Part shown: one piece after another, positions 10,101-21,100 of the stretch
How the letters are laid out: each line of letters starts with the position of its first letter
Numbering within the stretch: position 1 is the first letter of the stretch
The notes under the pieces: generated by a model
Told to the model about the DNA's origin: nothing
Database searches by the model: none
Seen by the model: the letters and a program-made list of their open reading frames with translations, nothing else
Virus record (IMG/VR): IMGVR_UViG_3300021197_000592
Location: 34,439 to 98,438 of that record
Origin: a virus
Reading direction: 5' to 3' (one strand)
Length of the DNA: 64,000 nucleotides
Program-made: the position numbers and the translations under genes

Positions 10101-13100
10101 CAACCGACTTGAAGTATTACCATCCGTATGATAGTTCATTCGTGAACGTAATGACCGGAACGAAGGTGTTAGCAAGCAACCCGAATAACTCTGGTCTACA
10201 GGGAATGGAATCCACCAGTGAACAGGGAATAAACTTCAACAGTGGATTGAAACTCATCTCGACTCCGGCTAACACCACTCAAACCATTACCACTAGTAAA
10301 CTGAGAGCAACCTCAAACGAAGGAACATACTCCAAAGATAGAACACTTGGATATGACATATCCAATGTCAAGTCGCTCTCTACAAATGACTCCTTCTTCT
10401 CCTTCAACCTTGCAAATGAGAACGGAGTAAGTTCCACAACTCAGGATATTAAGACTGTAGCGAAAGATATGTTCCACGTGGTTGACGTACAAGAGAAAGC
10501 AGAGGGTACGACTACGATGACTCTTGCTCCTAATATGCCAGTTGTGCTTGGAAGACTTGATTCCAACACCTCTGACACTAGAGGTAATACCGCCTTGTAC
10601 TTCGTTAATTCCAACTTGGATACTGGTGGTTTCGTTCATCGTCTAGCAGATACACACGTAGGCGCACATCTGAGTTTTGACCACGTTAACGGAGGAGGAA
10701 CCACGAAGGAACCCGGAATATACGGGACCAAGGAGACAATGAGGTATTGGGATTTTCAAAGATTGACGCCCGGCATACTAAGCACGACATACGATAGCAT
10801 ATACAACATTGGTCTAACACCTCAGAAGATACAGGGATATGCAATTGCCTACGGAACGAAACTAGATGGCACAGTAACCACCCCCTCTACCACTCCTACA
10901 GGAAAGCCGATTCATGGTAGTAATACCCTCAAGGGTTGGGAGTATATTGGTAATTTCTATGGGGGCGGAATAGACCCCGATACCCTTGTCGAATCATATG
11001 ATGCCTCCGATAGTGAGACTGCGTATGAGGCGGATATAGACTATGATGTCTTTGAGCAGATAGACCCACGGGCTACTACTTACGAACTACTGGCTACTGG
11101 TGATATATTGCCAAACTCAAAACTAAGAGATAATAACATTGGATACCACACTTTTAGTTTCGATGAGTTCGGTGTTCTTCTAGAATCAGAGCCTAACGTA
11201 ACGGGGACAACCAACCATGAGAAGTACACTGGAACAAGCCAAACTACATCCCAAACAGAGAACATGTTTGAGGAGAACTCAATACAATCTGCAACGATAA
11301 CCACTAACCAAATCAGGAGATTCGGGGTAATGAGACTAGTGGAGGCTACCTTTGATTGGCATTTCAATCCGGTTGAATTCGATGCTCTGAAGAAAAGCGA
11401 TGAGATTCCACTAGTAGGATACTTTGACTACATCACAATGAAAGACCCTACAGAACATCAAGACACTGGTAGCATCACTGTAAACAATAGTGGTACTATA
11501 ACTTCTGAATCCGTGACTGACACTGCGGGAGATATGTTCTATTCCTCTAACCTTGTCGGAGATTTCCCATTTAAATCCACACTGCCTACCCAAGTAGCGG
11601 GTATCAATGGGTTAGTTGCTATCAAGAAGACTGATAATAGTAGTTTTGTGAGTAATAATGCATTCACAATAAGCGGTGTAAATGGCTTTACTACTAGTGG
11701 GGAACTATTGAAATTTGCAGGAAGCAGTTCTAAACAAGGAGTACACCACTACAAGGTCTTTGGAACCACTGACTACAACATTGAAAGTCTAACCACTAGG
11801 GGCGGTCATGCTAATCTATTGACAGATTTGACACAGGGCAAGAACGCAATTAGATGGACTGATGTATTTATTGCTAGACCTAGTTACTTTGGAACGAACT
11901 TCAAGTATGCCTTATTACAAGAGGACAGTGGTGACGGGTCTGACACATACAACCCGCATAATATCATACTGCCATTGATTGTGGAGGAACAATCTGCTAA
12001 TGGGACTAATCGGACATCCAGAACCAAGCACCCATTCAGTATAGATGGGTTCACTGGATACAATCACATCTCAAGGGTGATTTGTGGATTGTCTGATAGA
12101 ACCTTCGCTACTCACGGTAGTAATTTCGGTGTAGGGGATAAGTTCGGACATGGGAATAGTGCCGCGATTGATGAGGGTAGCGCACACCCATATGCAGGTT
12201 GCATAGCACTGTTCAAGGATGTCAGAAGCAGTGCGGCGGGGGTCAAGTACGAATTGATGAGCAGTCCTTTGCAGTTGGACTCACACTCTAATTACACAGG
12301 ATATATCTCAACTATATCAGGTGAGAACGACCACGACCAGCACACTAGGAATTGCATGATACAAGAGTATGGCACTAACAATTTCCTTGCTATGCTAGGA
12401 ACCAAGACAAAGGATGTCCAATACTTGCAGAATCTAGATGATAGCAATCACGATAGGCTATTTGAGAACACAACAACTAATACCGCATTGGAAGCATCAG
12501 GAGTAACACTCAACGATGGTGGCGGTATTAATGCTAATTCTACAACTACTCTTACCGTTGATGGTAAGGATGCTACTGACCATTTCTCTGTAGGTGATAT
12601 TGTATTTGATGAGAGTAGCGTACTCATAGGTGTGGTGGCATCACTTGTGGATGACGAAATAACACTAGTTGCTAACAATGCAATTGCTGTGTCTGATAAT
12701 GAGAACCTAAAGAAGCATGTTGTTCCTATCTCAACTCGTCTTAGAGTTGATGACCATAACAGCCTAGTTAACTCTTCTAAGGGGACTAAGGTAGATTCAG
12801 CCCAACTGTTGTTGAAACCCACACTCAGGCTAGGCACTGGGCAGGGAGTAACATACAGTAATAGCAATAAAACGGCTACCTTCGTATTAGATGAATTGAA
12901 CTATGTTAGTAATGGGAACCCTTGGTTGAGTTACATGCCTGATTTGACGGGACATTACATTGTCTCAGAGGAAACTACCCTTGGAGTAGATATCACTGAG
13001 ACACAAACAAAGAGTTCACCTAAGTTCATCTCTAAGATAACCAGCCATGTAATCTCCACCGCCCCTTCCGGCTTTACTAATGAGCAACACACAATTACAT

Positions 13101-14788
13101 TTGATAGGGCTATCGACACCAGCACCAACGGCAATGACTATCGTTTGATGCGTCCAGCAGAAACGACCTTTGATTCCAAGAGAGATAACGTGGAATTCAA
13201 CATTATGGATGATACTGGGCTAAGAGGAGATGTAGTTGTTAGTGATTTCAGAGATGGTTCAACTAGTGGTGTCAGTGACAAGTACCGAGAAGGTGTGTTC
13301 TCCATGTACCTGTTAGTAGACATTGACCATTCCAATACGACTGGTAATCAGAACAAATACCTAGAGAAGAGAACTGGAACCGATGCGATTGCAGGTTTCA
13401 CTAATGGTGAGTCCATCGATGTGTTTGTCACTGATGGTATTAACTCTCAAAGAACTCTGTTGAATGTGAGTACGACTAGGAAAAAGGGAGGGGGTGCTGC
13501 TACGGAAAACATACTGAGTTTCACTTTCGATGGTACACTAGACGGTAATGGAGTCGTATCCGTTGGGGGAGTGTTTGACATAACGCTTGGAAAGAGGCCA
13601 CAATTGCAAAACCCGACTCGTTGTCATATAGGAACGACATACAGTGTTTCGTCACAATTGGAAAAAGAAGTCGAGAAGATTGTGAAGGAGGCTAACTTGG
13701 ACTACGACAATGCACGTAGTTTCGCTAACCCAACCGGCATGATAGTGAATAGCGGTACGACTTCCTCAACCTCGATAACATGCACAGAGAATGTAACTGG
13801 AATAAGCGCAGGTGACGTTCTATTCTCCTTTGATGGACATCTGATTGGTGAAGTAGCGAATGGTGGGATATCGAATGCAGTCATAACACTGACAAAGAAA
13901 TATTTCACTCCTTTGCAGTATGATGAATTAGTAAAGATAAACAAGAAGACGTTCGTAACTAACATTAAATTCAACAATGAGAATATGTATAGCGCAGTCA
14001 ACTCTTTAATCTCAAAACGCGGTTTAGATTACACTATCAAGAATGGGTCTTTCATTACAAGGAACATAGAGGACACTAGCATTCTCAGGAAACACGCATT
14101 GTCTTACAAGGAATCAAGTCGTTTGATAAAGGTCGGAAGCAACAAATCTATGTTTGACAAGGCGAATAAGATAATCGTTATTGGAGACAGGGTTCAATAC
14201 GAACTAGAACAACCTACCAAGAAACAAACAAGAGCCATAAAGGTAGTTGATTCAACGATAAAAACAAGAGTGGATGCTGAGACAAAGGCAGTTGAATTAA
14301 TGAGTATCTACAGCGGTGAAACTAGAAAGATAAACGTGGAAGTACAGAAGAAGGGACTTGAACTGATAGAGGCAGGTGACATAATCAGAATGAACTTCCC
14401 TAACCACAACATACCAGTCAATGACTACATCGTGTTTGAGATAGAGAACGTTCTATCTGGAACCCTGAAACTACAAGTCGGTACGTTTGACAAGACAATA
14501 GCAGAGAGATTAAGCGAACTGTCTTCTCAACAATCAGGGGACAGTACAGTGTTACTAGGTAGAGATGCTGAAATAAACAGTTCAGGTAAGTTCCTATTCG
14601 ATGCAATTAAACTAAAGAACATCAGTTTGTCCTATACAATTACAGGGTCTTCCAATGCACTTTCTCGTAACTCTAACATGGGATTCGATGACTTGGTTGG
14701 ATTCACCGAAGAAGTAGGATTTGAGCATAGTGTCGTTACCAAGAAGAGTTACAGAGATAGGTTCTACGAACAGGAGGACTACACATGA
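7172..14788 (+). CDS. Large tail tip/central hub protein (2538 aa)
   Basis: VFTGIVED..LNIVGRD hub motif; C-terminal ANKIIVIG...DAETKA...LELIEAGDIIRMNFP...YIVFEIE typical of Tal/gpJ-like tip proteins. Confidence 0.65.
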   Translation: MGTTDKGKALFVMNAGKTESDITDDSTSFDYGDHATKKTEAYLSTSVNPLFVQNNLQYENSLIGTDSTCDYNNDPTITMDDTSILVVGMGVSGTGIPSGATVASITNSTTFELSVSTTGGAVTNGTLTFSKLVNSANFIEIRKDSHGGSISNDLADKVGNRLYPGNTTLTSFAQNRNETHSFKLKVFDSQVANSETNRKLVYSTSNYPATEEIGLDIENYDYFVLLNPDTVQMGADAVRPHFAKVTRIITFDEFGDGLEFSPPYPTEVPLNTKFEIYKGPAKTATDIVAVSYGLRGDTSSSTPKHDRVNVCSRPTWYFYDERLDEKNQLDYMTKYNATHLRWWGYSTNISITEVKEHAQFAVGSNTVKFITSGSSDTNKLSVGMSLFNASDVYLGNIESISSNDVLLDFARIAVSATTSDFNVKVGKTIQNVIFRTEGKFDNTIPSLGKERLDAVLVDANLTSDDSNSSDFYRWQNAFPKMHRHTANSDTTTATTLDGNLTGPGKYVTFELANFKNNRIPHVIDAIVNNPRNKMSQIGKFSIIDNSGLQHLKVQEEDDLIIQKNIHNDDLKLIAFHGTAARDSSNTSLIVLSDIKKETELRAILSTNDIVEIDGYQYVVNAVNAQSSGTQSFTVKDKKLRTANTWTGSAVAENFTGKTLFLTPYTGVLNTELEPDTEFNYTQSRLNIDGITVEKEKTKLYNARLVNGIFNGHDNKIDYGDRDNKYLKMQDSDRVFYQRSNENLSRFYYYKGAYAVSDTVFTGIVEDVTSSAENGLSTLNIVGRDETSQLLTQTITRDTLLLDDVVHTNVPPTLSHATTLTGFATEDSGVNVNGALSAGAYNSIVVDGTDPRTKFVVGDKIYKDDGTFIGVITVMANANTISLDSADLSTRPALADNHNLHKSVIIDNGQVVETLSGNVNATGYISLSPGGLSDLNVAPKRGGILMNQAGEFVGVVKDTSNNSVLYLFNSPVSTATVTTDLKYYHPYDSSFVNVMTGTKVLASNPNNSGLQGMESTSEQGINFNSGLKLISTPANTTQTITTSKLRATSNEGTYSKDRTLGYDISNVKSLSTNDSFFSFNLANENGVSSTTQDIKTVAKDMFHVVDVQEKAEGTTTMTLAPNMPVVLGRLDSNTSDTRGNTALYFVNSNLDTGGFVHRLADTHVGAHLSFDHVNGGGTTKEPGIYGTKETMRYWDFQRLTPGILSTTYDSIYNIGLTPQKIQGYAIAYGTKLDGTVTTPSTTPTGKPIHGSNTLKGWEYIGNFYGGGIDPDTLVESYDASDSETAYEADIDYDVFEQIDPRATTYELLATGDILPNSKLRDNNIGYHTFSFDEFGVLLESEPNVTGTTNHEKYTGTSQTTSQTENMFEENSIQSATITTNQIRRFGVMRLVEATFDWHFNPVEFDALKKSDEIPLVGYFDYITMKDPTEHQDTGSITVNNSGTITSESVTDTAGDMFYSSNLVGDFPFKSTLPTQVAGINGLVAIKKTDNSSFVSNNAFTISGVNGFTTSGELLKFAGSSSKQGVHHYKVFGTTDYNIESLTTRGGHANLLTDLTQGKNAIRWTDVFIARPSYFGTNFKYALLQEDSGDGSDTYNPHNIILPLIVEEQSANGTNRTSRTKHPFSIDGFTGYNHISRVICGLSDRTFATHGSNFGVGDKFGHGNSAAIDEGSAHPYAGCIALFKDVRSSAAGVKYELMSSPLQLDSHSNYTGYISTISGENDHDQHTRNCMIQEYGTNNFLAMLGTKTKDVQYLQNLDDSNHDRLFENTTTNTALEASGVTLNDGGGINANSTTTLTVDGKDATDHFSVGDIVFDESSVLIGVVASLVDDEITLVANNAIAVSDNENLKKHVVPISTRLRVDDHNSLVNSSKGTKVDSAQLLLKPTLRLGTGQGVTYSNSNKTATFVLDELNYVSNGNPWLSYMPDLTGHYIVSEETTLGVDITETQTKSSPKFISKITSHVISTAPSGFTNEQHTITFDRAIDTSTNGNDYRLMRPAETTFDSKRDNVEFNIMDDTGLRGDVVVSDFRDGSTSGVSDKYREGVFSMYLLVDIDHSNTTGNQNKYLEKRTGTDAIAGFTNGESIDVFVTDGINSQRTLLNVSTTRKKGGGAATENILSFTFDGTLDGNGVVSVGGVFDITLGKRPQLQNPTRCHIGTTYSVSSQLEKEVEKIVKEANLDYDNARSFANPTGMIVNSGTTSSTSITCTENVTGISAGDVLFSFDGHLIGEVANGGISNAVITLTKKYFTPLQYDELVKINKKTFVTNIKFNNENMYSAVNSLISKRGLDYTIKNGSFITRNIEDTSILRKHALSYKESSRLIKVGSNKSMFDKANKIIVIGDRVQYELEQPTKKQTRAIKVVDSTIKTRVDAETKAVELMSIYSGETRKINVEVQKKGLELIEAGDIIRMNFPNHNIPVNDYIVFEIENVLSGTLKLQVGTFDKTIAERLSELSSQQSGDSTVLLGRDAEINSSGKFLFDAIKLKNISLSYTITGSSNALSRNSNMGFDDLVGFTEEVGFEHSVVTKKSYRDRFYEQEDYT

Positions 14789-15117
14789 TAGTTAACACAG
14801 GGAAAGAAGCGTTGGCAACAACAATGGCAAGCACATACACGAAGGTAAAGGTTGGAAATGGAGGGGATGATACTGCTGCTTCACAAAGCGCGTTAGACTC
14901 CTTTGTGGCAGAGAAAACTGTCACTCCCTCTGTTATAGGGTCACAATTGGTTTGGACTGCAACATTCACAGGTGCAGAGTTAGGGACACAAGGAGTATCA
15001 GAACTAGGCATATTCGATACTTCCAACACGTTATTGAGCCGAGTCACGTTCACAAACACCGGGGTTGTAGCGTCAGCGGATACTGTGACATTTACAATTA
15101 GAGTGGAGGTAGACTGA
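14785..15117 (+). CDS. Tail-fibre attachment/collar-like protein
   Basis: IVNTGKEALA..VKVGNG..ELGIFD..LLSRVTF resembles fibre N-terminal anchoring domains (DUF3751-like). Confidence 0.55.
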   Translation: MIVNTGKEALATTMASTYTKVKVGNGGDDTAASQSALDSFVAEKTVTPSVIGSQLVWTATFTGAELGTQGVSELGIFDTSNTLLSRVTFTNTGVVASADTVTFTIRVEVD

Positions 15118-18100
15118 TGGTTAATTCAAATCCGGGCTTTCTAACTACTTTATCCGCTACTCCAAATACAAGAATAGTAGATGGCACAGACAATATCCAC
15201 AGTGGAATAATCAATGCGCTGAATGTTGCAACTGGCGGTAATGCAGTCATCAGTGGGTTCAACATAACACAAGAGGATGGTGGTACATACACACAGTATG
15301 ATGTTGCGACTGGAAAGATACTGAGAGATGGAATATTAGTCAGCGTATCTGCTAGAAGTGATATCGCTCCGGGTGTAGGAGCAAGAGCAGACAATGACTG
15401 GTATGCTACAGTAGTGGTAGATTCTTCAAACGTAATACAAATCAGGACTGGCGGTAGTGGTGTATCTACTGCGTCTGTATCTACTCTAACGGCGAGCGAC
15501 ATTCCTGTTGCAATCATAAAATATCCAGCAGGAACAGACCATGATGCAGTAGACAGGCCTGTTCAGTTTCTAGGATACAATGGCTCTACCAGAGGGCTGA
15601 GCATACTCAACAGTGGTTCTGAGACACTCAGGATAAACGCAAATGCGACACTGACCAAAGGTTCAGCAACGCTGACTCTACCATCATCAACAGGAACGAT
15701 AGCACTCACATCAGACATAACATACACATCTGCCATATCAGAAGGAAATTCTGGACTTATACCAAGTGGTGGTGTAGGTACATCAAATATTGCAAATGAT
15801 GCAGTGACTTACGCTAAGATGCAGAATGTATCAGGCACAGACAAGATACTCGGAAGAGATAGTTCTGGTGCTGGAATAGTCGAGGAAATGACTCCTGCTA
15901 ATGTGAGAACGATGCTAGGCATCGAAACAGGTGCTACTGCTGACCAGAGCGATGCTGAGATTGAAACTGCATATCACAATCAGGTGGCACAAGTGTCCTC
16001 TGCTGAAAGAACAGCAGGAAACTCAACCGCAATCAAGAGGTATACTCCTGCTGATATCAAGAGCATGATTGATGCTCATCAGACAGATACAAACACTGAT
16101 GTCACTGTTGCTAACCTAAAAACCAAACTAAACTCAGATTTTGGTGGAGACTTTACCATTGGTACACAATCAAACGACACTGCGATATTAAGTGGTCATC
16201 TAACAGTCGGTGGGAATCTTACGGTAAATGGTGCGACCCAAACAATCAACTCGACAGTCGTAACAATCGATGACCCTGTATTCACTCTAGGAGGAGATAG
16301 TGCAGGAACCAATGATGATAAAGACAGAGGAATTGAATTCAAATGGCATGATGGTGCTAACCCCAAAGTAGGTTTCTTCGGGTTCGATGACAGTGTAGGT
16401 AAGTTCACATTCATACCAGATTCAACAAACTCAAGTGAGGTCTTCTCCGGCACTGCTGGAACCATTGTAGCAAACCTAGAGGGAGCAGTTACCGGAAACG
16501 CTTCCACTGCAACTGCTTTGGCTACATCTAGGAATTTTAGCATCACTGGTGATGTGACTGCGGGCGCAATTGGATTCACTGGTGCTGGTAATGTAGCGCT
16601 TTCAACTACCCTAGCAGATGATGCTGTGGCAACGGCCAAGATTGCTGACGATGCAGTTACCAGTGCTAAGATTGCAGATGCTACGATTGCCACAGGAAAC
16701 TTAGCCGATGATTCTGTTACATTCGCAAAGATGCAGGATACTTCGACTAACAACCGTGTGCTAGGCGCAACGACTGCTGGAACAATCGGAGAAGTGCAAG
16801 TCGCTACTGCAATGGTAGCAGACGATGCGATAACATCGGCAAAGATAGCAGATGATGCTGTTGGGGCTGACCAACTGGCCTCTAACGCTGTTGTGAACGC
16901 AAGTGTCGCTAGTAATGCGGCAATAGCACAAAGCAAGATAGATGGCTTGGTATCCGCTCTGAGTGGAAAGGAACCAAGTCAAACCATTGGTGATGGACTA
17001 GATAGAACTAGTGCTACATTGAAGGTTGACATCGATGGACTGACGATTGAGAACGGCATAGACAGAACTGCTGATTTCATAATGTATGATGATGCTACCA
17101 ATGGGCTTAGGAGAATCAATCCTGCTAACCTCTTTGGGCTACTGATTGCTTCCGATGTTCCTGATATTAGTTCTGCATACAGAGCAACTGGAACGGCTCT
17201 TGTGAATGCAGACATCTCAAACAGTGCTGCAATAAGCGCAGACAAGATTGCTGATGGTTCGACTAACAAGGTCTTCACGGCTACACTGAAATCAAAACTT
17301 GATGGAGTTGCCGCTGGTGCTACTGCTGGTGCTGACTGGTCTAGCAATGTGTCTAATATTTCTGTAGCCAACTCCCAACTTGCAGGTAGTATCGCTAATG
17401 CAAAACTTGCTAACTCATCAGTTACTATCAATAGCAACTCATTGAATCTCGGTGGGACTCTAACATTAGATACTGATGATTTCGCAGAGGGAACTAACAA
17501 GTTCTATACTGATGAAAGAGTTGATGACAGAGTAAACACTCTTATCACAGATGGAGAGGGAATAACCACTACTTACAATGATAGTTCAAACACCCTTACA
17601 CTAGCGGCAGAACTCGCTACCACATCGAACAAAGGTGTAGCATCTTTCTCCTCTGCTCACTTTGATGTAACATCAGGAGCAGTATCGATAAAGGCCGCTA
17701 GTATATCTGATTCACAAATAGCAAGTAATGGTAGTATAGCACAAAGCAAAATAGCAAATTTAGTTTCCAACCTTTCCGATAAGATTGAAAATCTAGGTGA
17801 TTTGAGCATCACCTCTTCTGCCACTGAGTTAAATGTCTTGGATGGGATACCAGCGACACTCACGGCAACTGAATTGGGATATGTTGACGGTGTAACCTCT
17901 GCCATACAGACTCAACTAAACAGTAAGTTGTCTTCAGTGGCAGTAGCAGATTTAACCGATATAAACTCACTAAGCACAAGCATCAACACTAACTCCACAC
18001 ATACTCAATTAGCCACGGCCAAGGCAGTTAAGGATTACATTACTCAACAGCAGGTAGAGGACCGAACATATACAATATCTGCGACACTAGACGGAGGAAG

Positions 18101-21100
18101 CACTCCTCTGCTTACGATATCAGACCAGTTTGGAGGTAGTTCTACTGTAGCCGTAACTGGTGGAGATAGAATAACTACTACGGTGATTTCTGATAGATTA
18201 CATATTTCTGATTCAGGAAAGGGAGGAGTCGCTAGTGCGGCTTTCAACCAAGGACTACTGACGCTAACTCACGATGATGGAACAACTACCACCGCTACTG
18301 TTCCTGACTCTACGACTGATGCTCATGGTCTAATGACTGACGACCAGTTTGATAAACTGGCGGCGATAGAAGCCCAAGCAGATGTTACCGATAAAGCAAA
18401 TGTGGTGGCTTCTCTTGGACTTCTTAATGAGAGCGACACTCTTTACCTTGGTGACGCTGGCAATGATACTACTGTTAGGGTCAGGGGTAATTTCTTCGTA
18501 GACGGGACGACCACCACAATTAATCAAACTGAGATTAACGTACAAGACGCAATCAAGTTTGAGGGGCAGACTGCTGATGACCACGAAACCATCCTTCGTA
18601 TCATAGACCCGACTGCTGACAGGGTAATTTCTCTACCTGATATCACTGGTACGGTTGTCACAACAGGAGATTCACAGACTATTGCTACTGGTATGATAGC
18701 AAATCTAGGAGTGACAACAGGCAAGATAGCGAGCAACGCAGTCAGTAGTGGTAAATTAGCAACAGGAGCAGTGGCAACTGCTAAGATTGCGGATGACGCT
18801 GTAACAGGAGCGAAGATTGATTTCATCGATGACTCAATTGCGGCTACAGATACTCACATAATGGTAGCAGATGGGACTGACTACAACAACGTAGCAATGT
18901 CGGGTGACGCAACTCTAGCCAATGATGGTGTCCTAACGATAGCAAACCTCGCAGTAGAGACAGGAATGTTGGCGAATCTAGGAGTGACCACTGCTAAGAT
19001 TGCCGCAGATGCAATCACTGGTGCTAAGATAGCAGATGATGCAATAAACTCTGAGCATTACACTAATGGGTCAATTGATGAGGCTCACATCGCAGACAAT
19101 GCAGTTACCGTTTCTAAGATAAGTGGGTTAACGAGTCTAGGCAGTGGAACTGTAATTAGTTCTGCTGAGAGAACCAAACTATCTGGAATAGCGACTTCTG
19201 CTGATGTTACTGGCACTACGAATGTAAATGCCGCAGGTGCGGTAATGCACACAGATATCCCTGATTCAGATACAGGATTCGTAAAGAGGACTGGTTCGGA
19301 GACTTATGACATTGATACTAATACATATCTTACTTCTCTAGCCGTTACTGGTTTAAGTGACATTGCCCAATTAGAACAGAATCTTGCAAGTATCACTGAT
19401 GACCATGCAGGGCTTGCTACTGCAAAGGCAGTCAAGGCTTATGTGGATAGCATTCCCGGTGGCGTAGGTGGAATGTCATTCGTCTTAGAAGACGGTGATG
19501 GAACAGAACTTACGATTGCTGATTCTAAGGAAATTAAGTTTGTACCTGCTTCAAGCCTTCTCACAATAAACTGGACAGATGTTGACAACGGTACGGATGC
19601 TGACCCATACGACCTGACTTTCACAGTAGACAATGACCTTGCAAACTATGACAACTCAAGCAGTTCATTCGCAACTACGACTGCATTGACTAATGCAACT
19701 GCGGCTACTGCGATAACTGGAAAGGTTCTGACAAATCTAGGAAGTGGGACTGGTGGAGCAATAGCGGCAGGAGATACGATTCTAGCCGCAATGCAGAAAC
19801 TAGAGACTAGGACTGCACTGAATGATGCTAAGGTAACCAACACGGATGTCAACGTAAACGTATCAAATCTAACTGCTAGACTACCACAGATTACTGAGAG
19901 TGTCACAATTGGTGATGCAACAGATGTCACTGTGACAACATCAGGAGCATTGGTCGTCACTGGTAACTTGACTGTCAACGGCACGACTACCACTCTTGAC
20001 ACTACGAACCTAGCAATCGAGGACAAGAACATAGTTCTAGGAACTGGTAACAGCGGCTCTGAGGTTCTGGATGCGACTGGTCTGACTCTAGAGGGAGGCT
20101 CTGGTGACGATGTTACGTTCCAGTATAATGCAAGTGCAGATAGGATGGAACTCAAGCATGGCTCTGCATTTGAGGATTTCAAAGCAGGTACAATCCTTGC
20201 AGCATTTACTGGTGACTTAACTGGTGATGTGACGGGTAATGCTGACACTGCTACAACTCTCGCTACGGCTAGAAGCATAGCAGGTAAGTCATTCAATGGC
20301 TCTGCTGATATTACCATAGCAACAACTGACCTATCTGACATCAGTGCATTAGATACTGACCTTTCATCTGTAAGTGCCAATGATGACTCTCTTGCTAGTG
20401 CGAAGGCAATCAAGGCTTATGTTGATGCTCAAGTAGATACTGAGGATACGATTGCTGAGTTGAATGACACGAACATCGGTTCTCTATCAGCAGGTCATCT
20501 ACTCATCTACGACTCTACTGCTGGTGTATTCGATAACGCTATACCAACAGGAAGCGATACTAGCACAATAGACATGACCGTAACTGGTGGAGATGGAACA
20601 CTAGCAATCTCTGCTGATTTGAAAGACCCGAATTCTCTGACTGAGATGACAGACGATGGTGCTAGTTCTACTCGGACTGCGGCAACTGCTGACCAGATAC
20701 TAGTTTGGGAGGATGACCCCGGTGCTTTCAGGAAGATGACACTGGCAAACCTATCAGACTTCGCTGTGCAAAATGGTGCTGGTGGTATCAGCACATTCAA
20801 GACGATATCAGTTAGTGGACAGGATGACATTGTAGCAGATGACACTGCTGATACTCTAACACTAACTGCGGGTTCAGGAATCACAATAGCAAATACTGCG
20901 GCAAGTGATACCATTGCATTCTCGATAGCGGCTGGTGCGATTGCTAATACAATGCTTGCAAATGACTCCGTGAGTTTCGGTGGAGTAAGTCTAGACTTAG
21001 GACAATCAGATGCCACACCAGCATTTGATTTGGCAGATGCCACTAATTATCCTACTTCATCTCTAAGTGGAACAATCACTAATGCTCAACTTGCAGGTTC

